From Octopus sinensis (taxonomy: Eukaryota): a stretch of 64,000 bases of DNA. The translations under genes were made by a program, and so were the position numbers. Of the stretch, positions 13,532 to 25,149 are shown in pieces. A model generated the notes under the pieces. That model saw only the letters and a list, made by a program, of their open reading frames with translations. It did no database searches and was not told the DNA's origin. Numbering within the stretch: the first letter of the stretch is position 1; each line of letters opens with the position of its first letter. The stretch covers positions 42,160,001-42,224,000 of the forward strand of contig NC_043001.1 of the NCBI RefSeq assembly GCF_006345805.1, given 5' to 3'.

Positions 13532-14353
13532 CATACCAAGTTATTTAGGACGAATATAGCATATAAAGTTATCTCTAAGAAGCAGAAAGATCGCCCAAAA
13601 GTGTATATAGATATTTAAATGTATTTATATATTCATCTATACACACATGTATGTATAACGTGTGTGTATATATTTCCATAGAGGTAACCATTCACTCCGC
13701 ACAAAGTTTTTTAGGACGAAAATAACATCTAAAGTTATCTCTAAGTAGCAGTCGCCCAAAAGTGTATATAGACACACACATGTATGTATAATGTGTGTGT
13801 ATATATTTCCATAGAGGTAACCATTCACTCCATACAAAGTTATTTAGGACGAATATAAGATCTAAAGTTATCTCTAAGAAACAGAAAGATCGCCCAAAAG
13901 TGTATATAGATATTTAAATGTATTTATATATTCATCTATACACACATGTATGTATAATGTGTGTGTATATATTTCCATAGATGTAACCATTCACTCCATA
14001 CAAAGTTATTTAGGACGAATATAAGATCTAAAGTTATCTCTAAGAAACAGAAAGATCGCCCAAAAGTGTATATAGATATTTAAATGTATTTATATATTCA
14101 TCTATGCACACATGTATGTATAATGTGTGTGTATATATTTCCATAGAGGTAACCATTCACTCCGCACAAAGTTTTTTAGGACGAAAATAACATCTAAAGT
14201 TATCTCTAAGAAGCAGAAAGATCGTCCAAAAGTGTATATAGATATTTAAATGTATTTATATATTCATCTATACACACATGTATGTATAATGTGTGTGTAT
14301 ATATTTCCATAGAGGTAACCATTCACTCCATACAAAGTTTTTTAGGACGAAAA
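13532..14353. repeat. 166-bp tandem array (4 full units, one 133-bp unit, one partial)
   Basis: Anchor AAGTT(A/T)TTTAGGACGAA at 13538, 13704, 13837, 14003, 14169 and 14335. Confidence 0.95.
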
Positions 14354-15185
14354 TCTCTTTATATATAAAAGAAAGGTTGTGTGTCTGTCTACTCCGATTT
14401 AGATTCCTAACTACTCCCACATTTTGCGATGCAGTTTAACCGAGTATCTTATAGTCGTGATTCATATCGAGCCCTTCTGGGTATTAGCGCGCGTCTACAA
14501 TGAGTCTACGATTTTACAAATAATTTACCATCATTTTTCCCCATTTTAATGCATTTTTTAAAATTAAGGGAAGTAACTCTCAAACTTCACACCAATATGC
14601 GTGCTCATATGCGACGTAATATCACATCAGCAGCATTTCCTCACACCCTCATTGCACTTGGCGAAGGCAAAATACCAGGGGATGAAAATGGTAATATTGC
14701 CATCGATTCCATTTGTACCATTGTTAAGACGCCTTCTGATGCAGTGTTCCAAGATCTACAAGCTAATTATCAGAATATGGATTGGATTGGCAAAAAGGCT
14801 ATACTGGCCCCGAGGAATAAAACTGTTCACCATATTAATGATGAAATGCTAAAACTCATTCCTGGGGAAGTCTATGTATATCAGTCTATCGATACAACTC
14901 CTGACCCAGAGGACGTCATCAACTATCCAATAGAGGTACTCAATTCCTTTGAGCACCCCGGACTACCACCACACATTCTCAAACTTAAAGTTGGTGCCCC
15001 TATAATGCTCATCAGAAATTTGGTTCCCCCAAAACAATGCAATGGCACACGTTTGATCGTTAAGTCCTTATCTCCCAGCGTAAACTTATATCAATATTTG
15101 CCTGAATAATCAACATCATTCAGTGCAATCATTAACAATACTTTCAAGTAATTCAGCCCCGAGCAACGCCGGGCAATTCTGCTAG
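14354..15185 (+). mobile_element. Internally deleted Helitron carrying a PIF1-like helicase fragment
   Basis: 5' A|TC, 3' hairpin plus CTAG|T. ORF 14549-15109 has KLHTNMR, AILAPRN, YPIEVLNS, GLPPHILKLKVGAPIMLIRNL and CNGTRLIV, typical of RepHel helicase. Confidence 0.9.
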
Positions 15186-16010
15186 TTATTATTATTATTA
15201 AAGAATTTAATCTTATTATTATATCCTGCCTCTCGCAGGGCTTCATTATAAGGTGTGTGTTTATTGAGAATCTCTCAATCATAAGAAAGTAATGATATTC
15301 GTTTACTAACATTATTTATCAATGATATTTTAATTGAGGGTGGGTGATTACTATTAGCATTTATATATCTAAGGTTTTTATTAAATTTATGATATGGTTG
15401 GGTTTTACCTATTATCAAATTAAAATTAACACCCAAATAATTTACATTATAGTTCTCCTTATATATAGTAATACTTAAACCATATCTTTTAAAGAAACTA
15501 TATAGTTTCTTCTTATATAATTCAAGTTTTCTATTAGTGCAATTCCTAGTAATTAATAAAAGGTCATCCATATATAAACCACCCTCCAACTTTAAATTTT
15601 CTAATTGAAGTTCAGATAATAAATAAATACCTACTAAATCCGTAGCTTGTGCAGAATCGAGTGCCCCCATAGGTATATCAAAATAGTCCCTAGTATCCTT
15701 CCTAGCCCATAATTTATTATTATATCTAATAAATGATTTCCTAGCCATTTTAATTACATTAACTTCATCATAAGTCATTCCTACCTTATTCATTGCAATA
15801 TTAGGGCCTTATTAAACACAATTTCATTAATAGAAGAGTAATAATTATCTATATCTATTTGAATAAATTTATATCGATTTTTTTCTTCTTTAATATTATA
15901 AAACCAATTTAGAGTATTATTATTACTAGTCCATAAGTTTAGGTAGTTTAGTTTATTTAATTTATTAATATATTTATCCAATATTAATTTACTCAATTTA
16001 CCAAGTTCTA
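15186..16010 (-). mobile_element. Penelope-like element copy 1, reverse transcriptase (5'-truncated)
   Basis: ORFs 15790-16029 (FIQIDIDNYYSSI) and 15275-15793 (FDIPMGALDSAQATDLVGIYLL, GLYMDDLLL, YINANSNHPPSI), then *EILNKHTPYNEALREAGY. One frameshift near 15795; abuts (TA)n. Confidence 0.88.
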
Positions 16011-16072
16011 TGTATGTATATATATGCATATGTATATATATATATATATATGTGTATATATATATATATATA

Positions 16073-16817
16073 TAGTAGAAGGAATAGCTATATCTCTTTG
16101 ACTGCTATTTCTAAATTCGGTGTGTTGGTGAGGCAATTCGTTGCTAAACCCTTAATTGCTTAGTATTACTTAAATTTTCCTCGAATGAGGCTTTTACATG
16201 CCGAAATCTACTTGGTGTAATTGATAATTATTCCAAATTAATTAATTTCACCCTTTATTGTTACTGATATTTTATCCCAGTAAATGACCACAGCATCTTG
16301 TCTTGGCTACACGCGGGTGGAAGGGGGCTGGTGACACAAACTTTCATTCACACTTTGAATTTCGTGGTACTGGTCATGCTTTGGCTCGCTCTGATAATGC
16401 CTTCTAGTATCTCAAAATTTAATATACAATTATTCATAATTGTAGTATCCTACGCCGATGAGAAAAGAAGTTTGGGTAAGGTAGAATTTTCTAATTCTTA
16501 TGCTTTCCTAAAACTTGATTTCGAAACGTACGTCCGTAGGTAACTTAAAATTGTATGATAGATTGCCGTCATTTCATTCTTTCTTACCTGTCTGTGTTTG
16601 CCTTTCAAGTGCTGTGTTTTTACTGAGATCTCCCTTTTAGTAGAAGGAATAGCTATATCTCTTTGACTGCTATTTCTAAATTCGGTGTGTTGGTGAGGCA
16701 ATTCGTTGCTAAACCCTTAATTGCTTAGTATTACAGCTATATCTCTTTGACTGCTATTTCTAAATTCGGTGTGTTGGTGAGGCAATTCATTGCTAAACCC
16801 TTAATTGCTTAGTATTA
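16073..16817 (+). mobile_element. Hammerhead-containing unit (565-bp period) with ~97-bp direct repeats, in a TA microsatellite; retrozyme/PLE pLTR-like
   Basis: 16073-16169 is repeated at 16638-16734 and partially at 16735-16817; (TA)n on both sides; contains hammerhead motifs. Confidence 0.6.
16449..16540 (+). ncRNA. Type I hammerhead ribozyme candidate
   Basis: Stem I CCTACG/CGTAGG, core CCGATGA, stem II GAAA/TTTC extended by AAGTTT/AAACTT, core GAAA, self-complementary stem III CGTACG, GUC cleavage triplet (cut after 16534). Confidence 0.75.
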
Positions 16818-16855
16818 TATATATATATATATATATATGTATATACATATGTATG

Positions 16856-16911
<56 letters not shown>

Positions 16912-17689
16912 GTGTGTGTGTGTGTGTGTGTCTATATATATATACATATTGGTGAGTATCTCATAGTTGCTGTGTAATTTTCACAATAGACTACCTTGAC
17001 AGGCTTTCGGAATAGCAAACCTGGATTTTCTTTATTTTGACAAGAGTTTTTCAAATTTTTCTTCCCCCAATCCCTTGCAAATGATGCAAGGAACGCTTTG
17101 GATAAAAAAGATTATTGAGTATTTTTTTAAACCCCCAAAATTAGTACTGATCTTGACTCCCCCCCCCCCCCCACTATGCACTTAGAAATGATGGGAGGAT
17201 CCTTGAATGTTGAAAGAAACAATTTTTGGAAATAGGTGATCACCATTTCGGAAAATGTAATATAAAAACAATAGTGAAATTTTTTAAAATTTTGTCATTA
17301 ACCCCACCTTTCCACCACCCATATCAAACAAATCCATCTGTTAACGCATGTGTGTACGCAAACGTATTTGCAAACAGAAAAGTATGCTATTAAAATAATA
17401 TATCATTTACAAATCTTTTTTAAATCATCCTGTCAACTTGATGAAATTCTTTACAAACATTAATAAGCATACACACACTCAGCATAAGCAATATACTCTT
17501 ATAAAGAGTGAGAGAGAGAGCGTGGTGAAAATGTATAGAGTGGGGGAAATTTACTATGAGAAAGTGAAAAATGAGAGACAAAAAGATATCTTTTCTGTAG
17601 CTGTCATAAATTTCGAAATTCTAAAATAAAGTGAAATTTTTCAAATTCGGTATATTGAGTTACTTTTCCACTCTTAATCTGAGTGAGTT

Positions 17690-18118
17690 CATGGCTTGCA
17701 GGACAGCCTGCTGTGCTAACCTTAGATCGTAGGATGACCCACTGTGCTTGAGGAGACCTATTGAGTCAAAATAAAAATCAAATGGAAATTGTAGTTGTGA
17801 TACCCGTGCCGGTGGCATGTAAAAAGCACCATCCGAATGTGGCCGATGCCAGCGCCTCCTGACTGGTGTCTGTGTTGGTGACATGTAAAAAGCACCAACA
17901 GATCACAGCCATTTGCCAGCCCCCTCTGGCCTGTGCCAGTGGCACATAAAAAGCACCCACTACACTCACGGAGTGGTTGGGGTTAGAAAGGGCATCCAGC
18001 TGTAGAAATACTGCCAGATCAGGCTAGAGCCTGGCGCAGCCTTCCGGCTTCCCAGACCCCAGTCGAACCGTCCAACCCATGCTAGCATGGAAAACGGATA
18101 TTAAATGATGATGATGAA
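17690..18118 (+). mobile_element. RTE LINE 3' UTR fragment with ~55-bp subrepeats and (GAT)n tail
   Basis: GTGCCGGTGGCATGTAAAAAGCACC-type subrepeats and an AACCCATGCTAGCATGGAAAACGGATATTAAATGATGATGATG end. The same family is joined to RTE ORF2 at 44883-46310. Confidence 0.8.
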
Positions 18119-18463
18119 TAATGTATATATATATAAATACTTCATCGATGTTATTATACCACTGGTCACAATGCACTTCTTCACAGAAATCACATGATCT
18201 AGCAGTTCCACAATTGTTGGTAGATGTTTTTCATCTGCTACTCATGCTTCTATACCTTTTCGCTTTACTCATCTAAACAAGATGCCTTCTCAAGACAACT
18301 ACTACAGTATTTTAGTATTCCATTAACATTTTCACATTAAGTAAGATATATAGCTTCTTTTTCAGTACTAATACTGCTTCGGTCACTAAGAATAGCTTGC
18401 CAATTTTCAGTCAAACTGTCCAACCCATGTCAGTATGAGCAACAGATGTTAAGTGATGATGAT

Positions 18464-18573
<110 letters not shown>

Positions 18574-18644
18574 TTACAGATGTCTGCATGTATAGGTATA
18601 TATATATGGGTGGGTGTGTGCATATCTCTTACATGTTTCATTCA

Positions 18645-18990
18645 TTGAACTGTAGTCATGATGGGACACTTCAAAGGTTTTAGTTGAACAAATCAACCCC
18701 AGTATTATATTTAAAGTCTGGTACTTATTTTATTGGCTTCGTTTCTCTAACCACTAAGCTATAAAAATGTAAACAAACCAACATGAATTGTCAAGCAGTG
18801 GGGAAACAAACACACACACACACACACACATGATGGGATTCTTTCAGTTTCTGTCTATCAAATTCACTCACAAGGATTTGGTTGGCCTATGGCTATAGTA
18901 GGAGACATTTGCTCAAAGTGCCATGCAGTGGGACTGAACCTGAAACTGTGTAGTTGTAAAGCAAACTTCTTATCATACAGCCATACCAGC
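18645..18990 (-). mobile_element. tRNA-derived SINE family 1 (diverged)
   Basis: Reverse-complement match to 4828-5200. Confidence 0.7.
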
Positions 18991-18999
18991 ACATATATA

Positions 19000-20274
19000 T
19001 GGGATGCAGATGGTATTGTTCACATGATGACTGATTCACAAAAATATAAAATACTGTTTCTATTTTGTGAGATATATTCAGCTAATTTGGATCAGTTTGT
19101 CTTCATGACATGTACTGTCGATCTCTCTTGATAACAGTCTATTAGCAACCTTGGAACTGGCCACAGGCCTTTGTCACTATCTCCCGTTTTAGGCTCCTGA
19201 AGGCCCTGATAATCCTGGCTCTTAGTGTGACCTACATATTACATACAGCTGGATTTATTGGTCTGTTGTTCCACCAAAGAAATCAAAGGGGTTGCAGGCA
19301 GGCAAGTTGGAAGCCAAATATCAGGTGTTGTGTAATCAAAGAAATTCTCAAATGACCAGTCTAGGACTTTGAGCTGGTGTAGCAAGGTGCAGTGTCTTGC
19401 TGCCACATGTATGATCTCTCTGCAGCTACCCAGTTGATCCAGGGCTTCATCACTTGACTCAGAACCAGAACATAGATGTAGCCATCAGGGTTCAGTCAGA
19501 GGTTCTCAAGGAAAAAGTGAGGTGGCATGACATCACCTTCACTGCTGATGACACCAAAGACCATGATTGTCGCTGGAAATTCCAACTGCATGACACTGGG
19601 CGTGTCTGAGTGAGAAAGTGAGCCACCTGTCATTCTGGGAGTTGATCTCCTGGTCTTGGCAGAAATTCTTATTGGAGAAGAACCACAGAATATCTGGCTC
19701 CGGTGAGTGTTTCAACTTGTTGATCAGCTTATTAATGTGCTTCAGTCACTTTTCCTGCATTGCCTTGGACAGAAATTGCCCCTTCCTCATCTTGTATGAA
19801 AAGTAGTGAATATTCTTATGCTCCACCAGCCTGATGAGGTTTTTATCCACATCTTTCTCCCTTGTAATGGCACATAACAACTTGCTGAGTTCATTGTTGA
19901 TGATTTCCATGGATTTCAACAAATTCTGGTATTCTCATGGTGCCAGGTCATCAATCATGGGTTTTCCTCTCTGCTGTTACCTTGTAATCAAATCCTGAGT
20001 TTTCCAGCTCCTTTCTGACCTTTTCCACCATCCTTCTGCTGACGTTGAGGAAGTCTGAAATCTTCTATTCAATTCTAGTGCAGATTCCAAGGATGACTTC
20101 ATTCCTCTTCCACAAATAGGGGGTTCAAAATTTTCCATAGTCAATTATTCTGAAAAAATAAATAAAGCAAAAATGATTTGTTTTTAAGAAGAAAAAGACC
20201 AACAACAAAAGTAAAAAAAAGTATGTGTAAAAAAAAGGTGTTGAAAATTGCAAATAAATACCGTCCACACCCTG
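19000..20274 (-). mobile_element. Degenerate near-full-length Tc1/mariner-superfamily transposon
   Basis: Minus-strand motifs ILWFFSNKNFCQDQ..NSQNDRW, IMVFGVIS, WQQDTAP, CNPFDF, LRARIIRAF...KACGQF. TIRs CAGGGTGTGGACGGTATT (right) and TGGGATGCAGATGGTATT (left), each flanked by TA. Confidence 0.8.
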
Positions 20275-20347
20275 TATATAAATGTAATGTGTATAGTTGT
20301 AAATATATATCTATATATGTAACTATGTAAGTGTGTGTGTGTGTGTG

Positions 20348-20379
<32 letters not shown>

Positions 20380-20501
20380 GATATATATATATATTATATA
20401 TGCATATGTATATATTTATATATACATGTGTGTGTGTGAACATTTATATATATACATATATATATATAAATAAATATATATATATATATAATATATATAT
20501 A

Positions 20502-20548
<47 letters not shown>

Positions 20549-20551
<3 letters not shown>

Positions 20552-22308
20552 ATATCTATAAAGCTGAAATGCGAAAAGTTTGTTTGTCTCATTTTGGGAT
20601 TGGAACAGGTTAATGGGCACTAGATGGAGTCAGATTGGCTCCAAAATTTACAGAGACATGTAAAAAGAGGCAAGGAAGTGAGTGGACTAGCTTAGAAACC
20701 TCTATTTCAAAAGCTGTGGTTACTAGGGCAACAAAACCCACATTTTGACAAGTGTTTGTCGTTTCTCACTTTCGCATGTCAGCCTGTCTTCCTTCATCTC
20801 TCTCTTTCTTTACTTCCCCCCAATTTCTCTCTATAACGATGTTTGACAGCTTCGCCGTCTCTCTGTCACTCTTTTCCCACCACCTCTCTCACTGTACGTC
20901 TGTATCTCTAGAGAGAAAGCGTTGACAGCCGCAAAAGTTTAAATGTTCCCACCACACATCTTTTAGAATGGTACGTTATTATCACCCACCCCCATCGCAC
21001 AATCATAACAGATATTATTAATCAGATATATTGTATTAATTTATATATACGTGTGTATATAAATATATATATATATAATGTGTATGCATATATATATGTG
21101 TATATATATAATCAATATCTGTAAAGCTGAAATGCAAAAAAGTTGTTTGATTTTTTGGTTATTTGTCTCATTTTTGGATGGGAACAACCACACCATCATC
21201 CGCGCATAGAGCAGGTCACCTTAAGTTAGTCTATATAAAAGAGGCTTTGGGTCAAAATTGTGTGCACATTTTGTTACGTCAGAGGTTGGCAGCCAGACCA
21301 GTGGTCGGTTTGAGCTGAAAATTGACACTGGCATAGAAGGCGTGATGAGGCAGAGAGTTGAGTAGGTTAAAACTTGCCATCTGGGAAGATGCAGTTGCTA
21401 TGGTGAGAAGAGTGATTTTTTTTATCAATTCAAGGGGGCTGTAAGCCCCTCCAGATTGGCGCGATTGGCATCTAATCTAATCTATAAAATGAAGAAGGCG
21501 AACGTGGATACAAATTGGATTTTTATATAAACAGGGGTCTAAATGGGGTTGGAAGGGGATTAAAATTTACAGGAGGGGGTAACTTGAGGTGAGAAATTGA
21601 TTGGGAGACATTTTGGGGCGCTACAGTGGTTGCTTCGCTGTGAAAACGGGGATTTTATTGATTTTGGGGGATACTTGGAGGTCTAGAGTGGACACCTTTT
21701 GCCTGATTTCAGTCAAAGTTTCAACATGGTAAAGTGGAAGCAGATTTGTAATTTAAGCACGGAAAATGGGTTTGAAATTTTGAAAATTAAGGCAAGATTT
21801 TTGAAGTTGAAAAATTTCTTATTTTTACGTATTTTTGCCTTTTATTTTTTATTGTTTACAGTTTTCATTTTTTCTGAAAGAAATTCACAGCCGCATGTAG
21901 CCTGTGTTTAGAGCTTTCATTTGCATTGTCAATCGTCAAAAAATTCCCAAAATAAGTACTAAATTTAACAAAGAAATCCTTATTTTTAATCACTAAAATC
22001 GTGGCACGTACAAAAGGCAAGTACGCTTTTCGTTGTCACTGCCTAATATTTATGATTAATCTTTCAAAATATTTTCTTTCTCAACTTACTCAAGATCTTT
22101 TGTTCTTTATAAATGGGAGAGAGATAGATAGACAGATAGAGAGTAAGAGAAAGTGAGGAAGAGTCCAAGAGAAAGGCAGAGTGGGAAAGTGAGAGAGAAA
22201 GGAGAGAGAAACAAAGAGGGAGAATGTGGCAGTAAGAAACAGAAAGGAAGCAACAGAAAGTAACAACCACACCCTCACCCGCACATAGAGCGGGTCACCT
22301 TAAGCTAG
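20549..22308 (+). mobile_element. Head-to-tail cluster of non-autonomous Helitrons
   Basis: Related 5' ends TCAATATCT(A/G)TAAAGCTGAAATGC at 20549 and 21112; a degenerate 3' end (TTAG) at 21229; a new TC start at 21230; a canonical 3' end CCCGC-7nt-GCGGG...CTAG|T at 22278-22309. Confidence 0.75.
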
Positions 22309-22552
22309 TATATATATATTTTCATATGCATGTACAGGGGCATATGGCATGGGGTCCCAATTTTTCTTGTTTGCTTTTTAGTTGTATATTTTCATGCTGT
22401 TCTGCTGATGCTATTTTTGCATTCAGCTCTGTTGGCATACTTATCCAAACTGCAAGTATGGACAATGAATCTGAAATAATGATGCTGATGAGTATGTCTG
22501 TCTGCCTCTCTCTCTCTCTCTGCCGATGTCTCTATCTCTATCTACCTACCTA

Positions 22553-22621
<69 letters not shown>

Positions 22622-22791
22622 TATATATATGTATATATTGTGTTAAGCTTAGAAACAATGCACATTGCCAGAATTTTCAATTCAAGTCAAATAGAACAAA
22701 ACCACTCCACCTCTTCATTATGGTATCTGTTAGGAGACTGGTTAGCTTGTACTGGCATAGTCATATATTGTATGTGTGTGTGTATGTATAT

Positions 22792-22841
<50 letters not shown>

Positions 22842-23235
22842 TATAACACAAGGATGGAAGTTAACAGGCTTTAATAGTGGATCACAACATATATTTCTGT
22901 ACCCCACATCAGCTTTAAGTTTCTGGGGTCGTATTCATAAAGCATTATGTAAGATTACTCTTAATATTTACTAAGTACTTCAATAATGTTCAACAACAGC
23001 TGCCTGCAGATGCTTCATAGGGTGAAATACAATTAAGTACTGAAGTTACCAACTCAAAAGATATAATACTTTTCACCAATCAGATAATTACATAGTCATA
23101 CAACAGCATACAAGCTGTTAAACATGCATTATGAGGTTTTTACCCAAAATGTATATATTTGTGTATATATGTGTGTATATATTTGTGTTGTATGTGCATA
23201 TGTGTATATATATATGTGTGTGAATATATATATGT

Positions 23236-23395
23236 ATATCATCATCATTTAACGTTCGTCTCAGGCTAGCATGGGCGGGATGGTACCACAGGAGCCAGCC
23301 AGGCCAAAGCCTGCACCAGACTTCTGTGACTGTTTTGGCTGGTTTTTACAGCTGGATGCCCTCTCTAACACCAACCACTCAGTAGAGTGGACTTA
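23236..23395 (-). mobile_element. RTE 3' tail fragment
   Basis: CATCATCATTTAACGTT...CAGCTGGATGCCCT..CCAACCACTC. Confidence 0.65.
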
Positions 23396-24534
23396 GTTCT
23401 TTGTGTATGTGTGTATAGTAAAATTGATGAAAAGAATACAGTGAACTTGCTGTGGAGCATGGAAATCTAATGTTTCAGAGACCTTCTTCAGGGAAAAATT
23501 AACAGGAGAAAAATTAATGAGAGAGCAGAGTCACATCCTTGAAGTAAAAAAAAAAATGCTGCAGCTGATAAGGAATACAGGACTTTGAATGCTTCATTAG
23601 TGATCAGGAAGTTGCAGGAGAGAGAAACAATTTGCTGATTGCTTTTGGCAGCACATCCAAAGCATAGCACACCATATGCCAAGCCAACTTGTCACCACAC
23701 ACCTTGAATTCACATTCTCAAGGAAATAGAGCGAACAATTTTTGTCTCACCTCATTGTTTCCCCCGTCACCTCAGTCTTGACGTGACCTGCTTCTTGTTT
23801 TCATTCCACATTTCTTTCTTCCATTTCTACCTCTCTTACACTGTTTCTCTACTACCACTTCCTGATCACTTATGAAGCATTCCTACATTCCTTATTAGTT
23901 GCACTGCTTTTTTTTTTTTTTTAATTTTTTTTTTAGCATAGAGGATGTAAAATTTTACTGTCTCAATAATTTCTCTCCTGTCAACTTTTCTCTCTTGAAC
24001 CCTGTCTTTAATGTTGAATTTTCCCACTCTCAGTGACAAATTCATTGTACAGTTTTTATCAATTTTTACAAAATAACGCCAATCTTACTGATGCTGAAAC
24101 CAACTTTTGCCCCCTTAGAGTCTGTTTCATTATATGTCTCTGTGTGTGTGTATGTGTATTATGTAACATTTCCACCGCTATCAAGGTGCATCTTCCACAT
24201 CTTTTAGTGCATTATTATGCTACAATCCATTAAGGGCTTCATTAGAGCATATTTGATTTCTTCAAAGTGGAAAATAATTCCAACTGAAAAATATTTTGCT
24301 TTATTATTATTTGTTAATTCAACTGCATGGTGGTATCATGCTGAAAATAGCGCAAACTAACCTATTATATATATATATATATATAAAATTAGAAAAAAAC
24401 CACCTTTTATCAATTGAAAATGAACAATTAAATTACACCATCTAGAAAATTACATATAATAGAAATATTAAAATTAAAATAACAATAAAATACCAATGAT
24501 TTTGCAAAAATATAATAAAAACATAGGTTTTTCC

Positions 24535-24965
24535 ATCAGAAAAAGTGAAAATTCAATTGCCATGACACTTCAAGTCATTGAGAAGGTGATGACAGTATTC
24601 CTGACATTGTTCTCACATACAGTCAATGAGCAGAAGCCTTCCCAGGCACCTGAAGCTCTTGCCACCCTCCTCCTCAATGGCCCTGGACACTGTGACCACC
24701 AAGATGTTGTTCTTCACAAGTGCAGATATTTTGAGCTTGAATCACTTTTGAATGCCTTTCTCACAGCCAAACAATTGACAACTTGAGGTCTGCCTGATCT
24801 TTGAGGTCTTTCCCATCCTTGAGCCTCTCCGCGACTCTGTGGACAATCATCTGGCTGACGTTGAGCTGCTTGGTGATGTTGGACTCATGGCCCACATGCA
24901 GGAGGACAGAGATCTTGATTCTTTTTGCTTCCTTCCTGATACACCTGTACACAATGGAAAAGATG
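24535..24965 (-). mobile_element. Tc1-like transposase N-terminal (HTH) fragment
   Basis: RKEAKRIKISVLL..ITKQLNVSQMIVHRVAERLKDG, then after a frameshift TVSRAIEEEGGKS...LLNDLKCHGN. Confidence 0.6.
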
Positions 24966-25149
24966 TTTTAATGACGTGCTGGAAAAGTAGATCTTTAAGT
25001 ATTTTTTATGGCACGTTTTCTGTCACATACATTAACCTCTCGAAAGATCAGCCTGCTATTAGCCAAAATAAGTCATTGTACCCTAGCATTTGTCAACCAG
25101 GGGAAAGCCTTCAACAGTTCCTTCACTCTGTTAACTGTTGATTTCTGTA

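Larger units (their letters stand above)
12660..15185 (+). mobile_element. Compound non-autonomous Helitron inserted in Penelope copy 1
   Basis: Starts A|TCTCTTATTATAAAAGGCAGATTTTATCTGCC; ends with a CCCG..CGGG hairpin plus CTAG|T at 15182-15186; no TSD; the flanks rejoin as a (TTA)n stretch of the Penelope ORF. Confidence 0.75.

Noticed and set aside
13532-14353. Regular repeat that might suggest a CRISPR array
   Set aside because: Whole units repeat with no unique spacers; eukaryotic context; no cas genes.
16950-17660. Probable DNA-transposon remnant
   Set aside because: I could not define TIRs, a TSD or coding similarity.
22323-22473. Minus-strand exon-like frame SLSILAVWISMPTELNAKIASAEQHENIQLK
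   Set aside because: No recognisable homology and no partner exons.
22427-22491. AG/GT-bounded segment ending in phase 1 (MDNESEIMMLM-S) as candidate PEX19 exon 1
   Set aside because: The phase fits, but it lacks the conserved acidic ELD.LL pattern; unsupported without RNA data.
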